Source: Psilocybe cubensis | Lineage: Eukaryota | NCBI GenBank assembly: GCA_017499595.2 | Contig: CM039001.1 | Span: 3,968,001-4,032,000, forward strand | Direction of reading: 5' to 3' | Length of the DNA: 64,000 nt | Part shown: one piece after another, positions 1-11,900 of the stretch | Layout: each line of letters begins with the position of its first letter | How positions within the stretch are numbered: position 1 is the stretch's first letter | Notes under the pieces: generated by a model | Databases searched by the model: none | The model's input: only the letters and a program-made list of their open reading frames with translations | What the model was told of the DNA's origin: nothing | Translations under genes and position numbers: made by a program

Positions 1-1314
1 CTTGATTAAAGAGCAGAAGCCTCGAGGTTTAGAACCCTGACTGATAGACATGATTGCTATGTGTACACACAAAACGGCGTGCGCACCGGATAAAGAACAT
101 CGCTTAGCGATTGCGATTGCCCATGGGGTCATCGATAATCTGACATGGATTGGCTCAGAGAAAAATCGAATGTCGAGTTCTATGCATCTATCCAAGACTT
201 GCAGGCTTGTTTGAAACATCTTGGTTCTCGAGAAGAATTACCCATGGGATCATCGATTATCTGACATAGATTATTTCAGTGAAAAAAACGATTGTTTGTA
301 GTTTTATAGCGAGGCGAGGCATGAGGGGATCAGCAAGATCTTTGAGTGAATGAAAGAAGTTTTCATGTCTCTCCGGGCGGAGAGCACTTTGTGCCTCTAC
401 TCACTAGCTAATGCATTGCTATCTGGTAGTATACGTCTGTCGTTGACACCTTGAATGACCCTCAAAAAACGAGTTCTACACATCGACCCAAGATTCGAAG
501 ATTGTAAGCTTGCAGACTTGTTTGAAACATCTTGGTTGAATGGTTCACCCGCAACAAAGGTCCGATTAGAGGGAGATGCAGTGATAATTAATTAATGGGA
601 AACCCAGAGAAGAGAGAGAGAGGATAGCATAGCCGATAGCAAGAGTGAAAGAAAAGCGGTGAGACTATGAATATAATAATCATGAGAGGGGACATGACAG
701 AAGAGGACATGATACAACACAACGGTAATGACTTGGATGATGAGTGAAATGGTCAAAAAAAAAGAGAGAAAAAAAAAGAGAAAACATCAGACGAGGGCAG
801 CGAGAAAGAAAAAAAAATGTCCTATGTAGTTACTAGGATGCAAAATGCAAATGCGATATGTGACTGTAGGGTGTATGAATGGGTCATCAAGAGGTGCGTA
901 ACCTCACGGGCCAAGATTAACAAGAATGCGTCAATGATGTCGGGATGGGGGATGGGGAGGCAAGTCGGAGAGCTGATAAATGCATGAAGGGATTAGAAAC
1001 CGCATGGGTATCGCGTGAGCGGGAGGGCGTAGGACTGAAAAGTTGATTGCTAGAGTTGTACTTGTAGATTGTAATGCGATGCACGATGGATGGATGAAAC
1101 GAAACCATTGCAAAAATCGAGGGGCGAGTTGTAGATACTATTACCAACGCAAAAGAGCAGTAGAACCGGTGGAGAGATGATGATGGTATGATTCGATACA
1201 AGGGGGGTATGGTTGAAAGAGTGGTATCTTCGACGAGAACCATGAGTCGCCGTGCCACCCAAACAATCACCTGGAGAGGAGGGGGCCAACTGAACACCGA
1301 AAGCCAGAACGGGG

Positions 1315-1398
1315 GAAGGGGGACACCAGAACGCAGAACCGGGAAAGGGGACACCAGAACGCAGAACCAGTGAAGGGGGGACACCAAATCGCAGAACC
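1315..1398. repeat. Tandem repeat, ~29-bp unit x3 (core GGGGACACCAGAACGCAGAACC)
   Basis: Three near-identical copies directly visible, in the likely 3' UTR of the zinc-finger gene. Confidence 0.85.
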
Positions 1399-1565
1399 CA
1401 GGATCATAAAATATCGTAGCAGCAACTGCGACGAGACCGAAAACACATTTTTTTAAACCTCCCCTTCTCTTCTGAAGCAGCAGGAGTAGCGGGTAGGTAA
1501 GTTAGAGAGACGACGGACGAGCCAGCTCCAAACAGGGTAGAAATCTCCGGGATTCAAATTCATCT

Positions 1566-4500
1566 TCAGGCTTCCGATTTGAGCCACAAGCGTTCGCCAC
1601 CATGAGAACTAGCATTCGAGTTCGCCTCGGCCGCATCAACAGCCTCGAGCAATTCAGCGTCCGGGTCCCCGTCATTTTCAGGATCGCCCTCGCCATCACC
1701 ATCACCCTCCCCGTCCAAATCATCGTCCTCCCCAGCAGCGTCCACAGCATTCAACAGCTCCGCGTCGGCCTCGGCCTCAGCATCTGCGTCAGCGTCCGCA
1801 TCCACGTCGGTCTCGCCCCTCGGTGAGATGGACCCATGCAACCCAGACCGCTTGGCAGGAACGACCCCGCCAGACGGGCTCCCCTTTCCTCCCCGCACAC
1901 GCCCATTCCGCGAGTCCGAGCGCGCGCTGTGCATCGCAGCAGCAGCAGCCGACCCGCCCCGCCCAATATTCGACGTGGGCAGCTGATCAGGATCGCGCTC
2001 CAAATCCCCATCTTCATCCTCTTCATCGTCCTGCTGCTCACGCAGTGACGCGATCAGCGGCGGTGTCGGTGCGTGGCGCTGGGCCTTTGAGTTCGAGGAC
2101 GCATGGGCGTTGGCAGTGGCGGCGGCGGACGCGGACGCGGCGTTGGAGCGGTGGTGTTGCGCGGAGGTGTCGTCTCTGTCGCGGTCGTTCCGTGCGTTCG
2201 CGAAGCTCTGGGCACTATGCGACGCCTGATGCGTCAGAATCGTGTCTGTGCGGTTGAGCGATCGGTCCGAGCCCTGTGATGAGGGCAGTTGGGCGTGAGA
2301 GTTTGCCCGCGGCTGGTGCTGCTGCTGCTGGGCCTGCAGCGCCGCGACCTGCTGCTGTTGCTGCTGCTCCAGAGTCCCACGACGCTCGACGCGTTTCATT
2401 TTCTTCCTACATCTGTTTTTGATTGAAGAAAAAAGGACAAGGAGAATGATGTCAGTATACTGTCAGAAAAAAAAAGAGAGAAAGATGTTTAGGGATCAAG
2501 ATCAGGGTACAATCAGGGCGCCAACAACCAACAACCAACAACCCAACACTCGCACCACATCGGCTATGAGCCACCGCGCTAGTCTCATCACAAATCAAGA
2601 AGCGTCAACCCCAAGTCCCAAACCCAACGCATCGGCCGCCATGCTTGGCAGCTCGCACGGAGAGAGGGGGGGAAGAGGGGGAGCAAGCGAGCCGACGAAC
2701 AAGCAAGCAGCTCGACTCGACTCGCCTCGCCTCGCCTGACATAGCGGTTCACCGGAACCAGCTAAATCACTCGGCGCTCGCGCGAACATCAGGGGGTGAA
2801 GGAGGGGGGAAGGCGGAGGAGATAGGGGGAGCGAGCGGACAAGCTACAAGCGATAACGGCGCGGCGCGGCATGGGCCCAAGTACGAGATGGGACGGACCA
2901 TCGACCATCCGCGATGTCAACGAGCCAAACGAGCGAGTCGTCAAAGCAAAAAAAGCGAGAACAAGGCTAAGGGGGGACACCTAGGGGGAGCAATCCGCGC
3001 CACACCGCGTCACGCACTCCTCTCCCCCCCGCCCGGGATAAGTCCCAGAAACTGGGACATGTCATAGCAGGACACCCTACCGCGCCACTAGCGCATGGCT
3101 AGCTGAAGGGTGGTATGCGGGCCTGTCAAACCGCGCCCCTACCCCCTAACCGATAACTCGCAGTCTCACACAAAAACACCAAGACACAAAAAAGGATATA
3201 CCGAAAAAAAAAACTCACCTATCACAAACGGTGCCAGGGCCCATCGGCCCCGGACCCCATTTCTCCACACATTTGCCGTCCTTATACCGCCCGACGATCC
3301 CGCACTGTCTGCAGATCCGCTGTCCGTCGGCATTGGTCGGTGGGTACGGGACAGCCGCGGGGACAGCCGCTGGTGCGGCGGGCTGCGCTGTGGGCGCTGG
3401 TGCTGTTGGTGCTGCTGCTGCTGATGATAATGCGGATGAAGCCTCGATGGATTGTGTTGAACCTATATTGAGATGGAAGGAAGGGGACGGAAGGAAGGAA
3501 GGAAGGGTTGGTTAGTATGTTTGTTGCGCGGTCATTTGATTAGAGAAGGAAAAGAGTTTAGAAGCGAGGCGGAGTAAAAGGGGGAGTAAAGGATAAACCA
3601 AAAAAGCAAAAAAGAAAACAAAAGAGATGAAAACTGGAAAAGGGAAAGTGCAAGTAACCATGGAGCATAGAATTCGAAGAAGAAGCATAACACAAGCGAT
3701 AAAAAAAAGTGGGGAGTGACGAAGTTCGGGCAGGATCTCTGTGTTCGACGCAGGCGCAGGCGCGAGCTGCACGAAAACAATAAAAAAATCATGATACTTC
3801 TCCAAACAAGCATCATATCCGCGCTCGGTGTAAGAAATGAAAGGAGAAGAAAAAAGTCAGAATACCGCGCGCGCAGATCATCATGATGATCCATCCAGGG
3901 CGGCGTGCACCCTGCCGCTGACCGCTGACACTGACATGCACACAGACACCGATCCAGCCCAAGTCGAAGACCAAAACCAAGTGAACAGCAGAACAGCGCC
4001 CCAGTCCCCAGTCCTCCTTCAACGGACAAAACAGACAAAACGGAAAAAACGGAAAACGGAAAAACGGAAAAAAACAAGCCCATTTTCCAGAGCAGAGTCA
4101 GGGTTCAACCAAGGGGTAGAGGGGAGGTGTGGATAATCCTTTCACCCGACTCAAGCGCAAACTCGGGGGAAGTTGACGGCACGCACAAGGCAGGAAACCC
4201 ACAAGGCACGAAACCCACAAGGCGGGGGGAGAGAGGAGGGGGCGGGAAACGGGAAACGGGAATTCCCGCGCGCTAATAGCGCCGCCTGCCGACGTCTTAC
4301 GCGTGCACACGCGCAGCGCGTAGAAGCGCTATTGCCTCCGACCGTTGTATCCCGGGCTAGTCTAGCCCGGGGTGCGAAAAAAAAGGAAGAAAGAAACAAG
4401 GGGGTGAATGGAGCTTGTGTGCGGGTGGTGCGTGTGCGTGCGCAGCATGGAGCGCAGCACCCACCCCGTCGCACGGCGCAGGGCGCACCGCACCGAATGA

Positions 4501-6726
4501 AGTGAGACAAGTAGTACGCAATCAAACCGCGCCCAAAAAAAAATACAAACAAAAAGGAAGTAAAAACGCAAACGAAAAAAAGGAAGAAACGGCGGCGACG
4601 ATCACCGCCCATGCGACATCCAACCGACAAGCGACAAGCGACGCGACGTGCGATCCACATACACACGCACGCACGCACGCACACGCACACGCACATATAC
4701 GCGCGCGCGCCGTCGCCAAGAGCCGAAAAGTCCCCACCAATACCGATAACACCCACCGATCAATCAATACCCACAGGGGGTGTCCCCCGAAACAGCGGGA
4801 CAAGCCAGATTTTTTCTCATTCGGCATTCATCCAGTCAAGCCAGTCAAGCCAGGCAGCCAGCCGTTAAGTCAGAAGCGTCAAATGCCCGACATGGCAATG
4901 ACTCATGATGGGAAAAAAAAGAGGTGAAAGAGAGAGAGATGATGATGCGGGACCGAGGACGAAACTGCGCGCGCTCCACGTGGAAGAGTAAAAAGAGATG
5001 AAGGGAAAAAAGAGGATCAAAAGTGGGAAGGCAAGGATAAAACAGAAAAAAAATATGAGAAGGGAGTGAGGAATGACTTGCACAATCCACAAATAAAGTC
5101 GAAACAAACAAGAGAATATCGAAAAAGAAAAGACAGAAACACCCAACATGAAAAAAATCAGAAAGAAACAACGCACCAGCTAAAATCGCAGCAGATCCTA
5201 GAGGCGTATTCGGGAATTTCGTCTTCTTCGTCGGCGCGCCCGTCACAACAGGTGCGAAAATATGATTGACATGATTCGCCTGATTCTGCGCGCTCGCCTG
5301 CTGCAGCGTCCCACTCGCACGGAGGGGCTGGCCAGAGGACGTGTACCCGGGCCCGGCATAGCCGCTATTACCACTATTCGCATACGGGCGCGGCGACGAG
5401 TCCTCGTTTTCGCGGTCCCGCCTGCGGAGCCCGCCCTGTGCGTGCGCATGCGCGTTGCTGTGGTGGTGCGCGTGCGGGTTATGGTGGGGCGAGTCGAGGT
5501 ACCCGCGCCCAGCGCCGTTCGGCGTGCCATTGCCATTGCTGTTGCTGTTGCTGTTACCGTTGGTGTTAGTGCTCCCAACGCCCTCGTCGCCTGTGGTGGC
5601 CTTGATGAGCATCTCGTCGACGTCCATCGAGCTTGAGCTCGAGTGGCTGCCTGAGCGCGAGTGTCCTGCGCCGCCGCCCCCTGGCGATGCCGCGCGGTGG
5701 TGCGGGGTGGATCCGCCATGAGGCTGGCCGTATTTCCGGTCGATGATGCGTGCTTCGGGCATCGATGCTCCGCCTGCGCGGCGTTGCAGCATGGCTTGCT
5801 GCTGCTGCTGGCGCATGCGGATCTGATCGCTGTATTCTTGCTGTTGCCCCGCTGATGCTACGTACTGCATGGAGATGGGACGGCACCCCCCTGCGGTGTC
5901 ACCGTCAGTTCCTCGCACTCTAACGTCCTTGCAAGATTACTCACGGGGTCAAAACAGATGGATGGGACGATGCATGCATGCATACAGGAAAGAAAAAGTA
6001 AGGAGCAAGATCAGCCTGATGATCGGGGATAACGATGGTTGGGAAATGAAGAAAACTGACCGAGTCAGAGTAGGAGGAGGTAGGCGGCCTTCCTCGCTGA
6101 TCGTCGAGGCCCCGAGAACGCTTGGACGGCGGATAGGCGCTGTCCATGGAGGGAGTCCGCGGCCTCCGAGCGGGTGCGGTTGGCGCGGGGTGGGTGGAGG
6201 TCGGATTAGGATTCGGATGGGGCGGAAGAGCAAGCGGAAACGCCACAGAGCCCCGCGCAGACCCAGACGCAGACAGGTGCCGCGCGTGCTGCCTCCCGGC
6301 GCCGCCCGCCGGTGGGCCCATCGATGCAGCGCCATCGGGGAGATACGCCCGCGCGATGAAGCGGGCGTCGCGCGTGTGGAGTTCGAGGGTGGAGAGGAGG
6401 TCGTCTAGCTGGCGCCAGCCCTCGAGGGCCTCGCGGCGGCGTGCGTCTGCGTCGTCGCGCTCTGCCTCTGCGCGGGCGAGCTTTTGCTCGTAGTCATCTA
6501 CGATCTGCTTGATGCGGAGGTCGTGCTGGTCGGTTGGAGCGAGATGCTTTGCGAGACGGTCAGCCTTGTCTGCGCGCTTGCGGGCTAGAGCGAGCTGAGC
6601 GCGGAGGTCGTCGATGTCGGCGTAGGAGAGAGCGAGGAGGCGGGCGAGGTCAGCGTTGGACTGAGGATTAGTGGGCTGGAGAACGGGGGAGAGGGAGAGA
6701 GAAAGACGGGGAGGGTCGATGTCCAT
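1566..6726 (-). CDS. Putative transcriptional regulator with atypical GATA-like C4 zinc finger (814 aa)
   Basis: Exons 6061-6726, 5177-5864, 3219-3462 and 1566-2412 join in frame through GT-AG introns (666+688+244+847=2445 nt). The spliced product contains CRQCGIVGRYKDGKCVEKWGPGPMGPGTVCDRCRKKMKR, an N-terminal coiled coil, poly-Q and an acidic C-terminus. Additional upstream exons are not excluded. Confidence 0.8.
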
Positions 6727-8874
6727 GGGTTGAGGATGAGAGGGAGAGGCGGGAAAGCATGTCGGATACAACACGGGGGTCCTTCATATCCTCCTCCGCA
6801 AAAACAACAAAAAATAATAGAAATAAAACAAATGCGTCCGATGGGCCACTGGTTCGCTTTCAAAACGAACGGACCGAACCGCCCGCCGCGGCTATGTCCA
6901 AACCCGGCCTCTCTGTCGGTCTCCAGCGAGGGACCCCAGAACCAGCCCGCCTGAGCCGTTCGTTTCCCGCGGCGACTCCTCCATCTCCGTCGGACCGTCA
7001 GATGATTCGCAGGCGATCAACGTGGCCACGCCTCGCGCCCGCCGCGTGCATCTCCACCCGCCCCCCGGGGTCCTCGCGCCTCGTGGCCGCCATGGCTCAA
7101 ACATACCCCATCTGTATAATCTACCTGTCTTGCGCACCCAAGGTACGCTCCGGGGTCGGATATCCCAACCTAATTCGTCCCTAGCCGTAATCTGCTGCAG
7201 TTGACGATGACGCTGTAAATGATGAACGCAGCGTACAAAAAAAATAGACACATCGTTCATCAATAGTATCCCGGGATCAAAACATGGACCGAAACTTGAA
7301 TCATCAAGAATCCCGACAGGATACCACACACACACCTCCGAGTCGAAGCGCCGCACTTGAATTGAACAGAATCAAAAACACAAAAAACATCAACCAGAGC
7401 ACAGCGCTCCAACTCCGCCAATCACCGTCCATCCACCCACCCATCGACGGATCCAACTAATTACAACCCACCCACCCATCCCTAGCTCCCATCACTTTAC
7501 ATGTCTCATCTCACCTCGCTCCCTCCCCATCCCCATCCCCCACTGCCAAACACAAAAAACGAGAAGCCCGAGTGCAATTTTCGGATAGTTAGGTCTTCTA
7601 GGTTCTCTCTGCCTCGCCGTCGTCCACAACGACGACGACGACAACGACGTGAACAAATCGAAAAACCACAACGGCACCAAGGAAACACATCCGAGCACCC
7701 CGTCCCACTGCCCCATGCCCCGTATATTCTCCTTGAGCTGTTGAACTATTCACCGCAGAACCAGTAGCTACAGCGGCACAGCAAACAGTCGAGAGTCGAG
7801 ACTCCATACATGCGCCGCAGCACAACCACTAACACAACCACTAACACTAGCACGAACACGAACATCAGCAGCGGACAGAGACGAGCTTCCAACGACCCAC
7901 GAGGAAATGTTCTTGTTCTTGTTCTTATTCTTATTCTTATTCTTATTAATTCAACAACACCAACACCGACGAAAGCGACAGAGTCTATTCCCAGCTTCTA
8001 CTGACCCTGACCCTCCACTGTCCAGACCCGAGACGATCTTCCAATTTCCACCATCACGAAAATCACGAAAATCTCCATCCGTGGCGTCCTATCCGTGGCG
8101 TCCCATCTCTAACATTTACCACATCCCTATCCTATCCCTATCACACCCGTATCATATCCGTATCCCTATCACATCCAATCCAATCCATAACCATAACCAC
8201 ATCCTATCATATCCAAGTATCCATATCCATGTCCGTATCCCAGTGCACCGCACCAAATTCCAATCACATCGAAATCAAAAAACATCAAAATCGAAAAAAC
8301 ATTAAACACTGACAGTACTGCACCGCATCGAAAATTTCATTGAAATTTTCATTGTATGATCCAGCTCCTGAATTTGTACTGAATTGAATTGTACGGAACA
8401 GTCCTGAATTGTACAGAAGAGTCCTGAATTGTACTGTTTGATCACCGAACTCGACCTCGACCTCGACCTCGAACTCGACCTCGAACTCGGACAGACAAGA
8501 CAAGACAAGATAATGGCTGGCAAAACATTCTTCACTGTCAACAACCACCGTTACCGCTACCATTCATGTACATCTGGCGTGTATTTGGTGTGTGTATAAG
8601 TGTATAGGTGTGTATGTACTCGCCTTGTCAATGGTACAACCACCAACCCGAATCCGAATCCGAATCCGATGCGTGGTGAGTATCCGTTATTCCAGATTCG
8701 TGATTCGTGACTCTTGATTCGGGAATGGGGAATGGGGAATGTGGATGCGGGAATAGGGATTCATGATTCGGGAATAGGGCCCTAGGGATTCGGTATGATA
8801 GTTATACGTTATACGCTCGTAGGATGATCTTTTGCCAGTCAGCTGAAGTTTTCGAGGTGTTGAAGTTTTCATCT

Positions 8875-8978
8875 TCGAGGTGTACTTGTCGAGGTATACT
8901 TGTCGAGGTATACTTGTCGAGATGTACTTGTCGAGGTGCAGTTGTCGAGGTGTACTTGTCGAGGTGCAGTTGTCGAGG
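8875..8978. repeat. Minisatellite, 14-bp unit TCGAGGTGTACTTG x~7.4
   Basis: Directly visible, with 0-2 mismatches per unit. Confidence 0.95.
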
Positions 8979-11900
8979 ACTCGAGATTCGAAGACTTGTA
9001 ACTTTAATCTTCAAGGTTCAAAAATCCAAATTCGATATCGATATCGATGGCTTGAGTTTGAGTTTGAATGCGACCTTAACGTTAACCTGGACCTCGAATT
9101 TAAAATTCGAATTCAGAATCCGCATGCACACCTTCAAAGCCATCCTTCTATTCCTATTCCATCTCCATCAAGTCTACCCAGATCCAAAAAGAAGAAAAAA
9201 ACTATAAACGAATTCACCCAAAGAACCAAAAGTCCAAAGCTCATAGCCGCGCGTCGACTCTCCAACCATCCAACCCCACCCATCACAAAATTATCTAATT
9301 TTCAATGTTCCACAGAACCAGCTTCAGGACAGGACCAGGCCCAGGACCTCCCAACACCCCCGGCACCCCACCTGTCCCTGTCCTCATAAAATTAAAACCT
9401 ATTTTCTTTCCAATTCAAATTCCAACGTAACGCGAATCCTAAACCTGATCGATCGCTGCTCAGTTCAGCTCAGGAACAGTCCAACGGTCCAACGCGACAG
9501 TCTAAGGTGCTCCAAAAACTCCACTCCAACCGACCGCGTCGTGTCGCGTCGTGTCTCAGAGATGTAATTTTTCAATAAGGATCAGACCTAATAGCAATAG
9601 TATACTGCTAGCAGACTCCAGAGTCTTAGCTAACCATTCAAAATACACTCATCCTCATCTAACCATCGGTGCGCGGTGTTTTATGCTGTATACATGGGTA
9701 TGGGTACGTGGGTTTTAACCGCTAGCAGCCGCCAGTAATGAGTAGAAGCTTAAATAACGCTATTCAATTGGAGGAAGGTAAGTTAATCAATAATCAATGC
9801 TAAGGCGAGTGGATACACTCTGGAAAGGTTGGGTACGTCATATGCACTGTATTAAGACCTGGGTTAGAATATGCAATGATAGTGAATACATGCTCGAAAA
9901 CCGCGACAATTAATTGAACGACGAAAACTTGGAAAAGGGAATATGGAAAGTGGAAACACAAACACAACGTTCAAGTACCGCAACCTCTTCCTTCCCGAGT
10001 TACGAGTCGGAGACTCCATACATATATCTGCATGTATTAGCTTACGCCTTTCCCTACGAATCTGGCTTTCAAATCCAAAAGAACGTCAATGAAATCCGAG
10101 AAAGCGGGTTCAGATTCATCAGGGTCTTACTTGATTGAGAAAAGCTAGAAAGGGAAATCTAATCAATGTATACATGCAGATTCGGAGGTGAGGTACACGG
10201 TCGTATGCGCCGTACAATCCGGCTTAGATTGTACAGTTTTATTGAACGCCTAGCGAGGGACGGGGTGATTTTTAATGCAGTGGGAACTTGGAGGAGAAGA
10301 GGAAGTGAAAAGGCACTGCTAAAAGACCAATTTGGTCCTTAAATCTATGAGACTTTCTTCGTGAAATTCGTAAACGCTGACATATAACCCAAGATCCAGT
10401 TTATTGAGTAATTCCTCTTCTCATCGGGTCATTCAAACGTCTGCAATTTATCCAGAAAGTGTTGAAATTCCAGGATTTCTGGGAATAATTGGAGCAAGAT
10501 TTCCAATGCGACCAAAAAATTGATTACAGATCAAAGAGCATACACAAATACCACAGTTTTCCCGTCTTCTAATCTGCGAAAATACAGACATATGCGTAGG
10601 TGGAGCTTCCGAGGTCCCAGACTTCGAAATTGTCCGCACTGACACCACCCTCGCCGGCCGGGGTAAGCCCCAGCGCAGCGGGGAGGACGGCTCCCCGCTA
10701 GCCCCCCAGCGCGCGAAAATTTAGACACTCAAGCCGCCACCAGTGACGAATGACATACCACATTACACAGTAACCGTCGCTTACCTGTCCCCCCGCTCGC
10801 AAAACTCCTCCGACGACCCAACCCGAGTCGATTCGCTTCAAACTTCAATTCAATTCTGCGCGCGCGCCGTCAGCGCGGCCGGTCCACCGTGTGGCCAATG
10901 GGCAGCAGGCTACGCGATGCCGATGCGCAGAAGATGCAAGAGCCGTGCTCAGCGCGTCTGGCAGGCGCAGAGTCCCATCGATGGGGTGATTAGATAGGGA
11001 TAGAGATGGTGTACCACTCCACCGCTATCGGGCTCCAGCCCAATCCGAATTCGAGTTACGAATTACGAGTTCGCTTTATCGCTTTCGAGCTCCAACTCGC
11101 TGCGCGAGCACCCCAGCTTCTCTTCTCTTCTCTTCGACGCGCACGCCGCGTCGTCATCTCCGGGGTAAAGCACGCTACGCCCGCTTGAAGCTTGGCTGTG
11201 GGATATCTTTGTCCCACATGCCCCGCCTCCAGACTCTGACGGCAGAGCGGGGTCTTGACTCTTGATTCCACTCCCGTCGCTCCGAGGCTCAGCCGCCCTA
11301 CCCAAATACGGATATATCTCCGTATGTCTCCACCGACCCGGGAATAGGTAGGTACAGACGCTATTCTGGTCCTGGTCCGCGTCTTCGGGAAGCCTGGACC
11401 TGACGCTATATATGTCCTCCATTCAGTGAAGCCTAGAGGATCCGCATTTCGCATCAGCGTAATCAGCGACTCTCGCATGAACATCCAGCAACTCTCTCGC
11501 ATCATCATCATTTGGATAGTACCCTTCCGCTGTTTGCTCGTCCTCGGTAGGTAGGTGCTGTGCATGATCCACAACGGCAAATCCATCACGTCCACATCAC
11601 ATCACGTCGAACTTCGACAGCAATACCACAACACCAGGCCTATTCAATCCCCAATTCCAAGTTCAATTGACTTGATTCGAAAGGTTTACCAAACGGGGCG
11701 CTGCCCAGTGCCCACATTTCAAATTGCCTATTGCCTATCCCGGTCGCATTTTCCTTTTCCTTCTCCTGCCATCCCTGTCGATCGTACGTATGTAATGCAC
11801 AGCTGGCACATCAATACAGCACAATTTCGAAAAGGCAATTACCTCGATCGATTTCCGTCCGGCAGCAGTCTGATCGCCCACCTTGCTATTCACTTAAAAT

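Noticed and set aside
121..538. Two pairs of ~30-bp degenerate direct repeats
   Set aside because: They are real but short, at the window edge, and lack TE hallmarks.
3532..4927. ORFs of 100-200 aa in several frames
   Set aside because: They lie inside the 1714-nt intron and derive from simple repeats.
8875..8978. CRISPR-like array
   Set aside because: The units are contiguous with no unique spacers, and the context is eukaryotic.
10677..10701. GC hairpin followed by CTAG as a Helitron 3' end
   Set aside because: CTAG overlaps the stem instead of lying ~10 nt downstream, and no 5' end or Rep/helicase remnant was found.
11056..11595. 179-aa ORF
   Set aside because: No recognisable motif or splice model.
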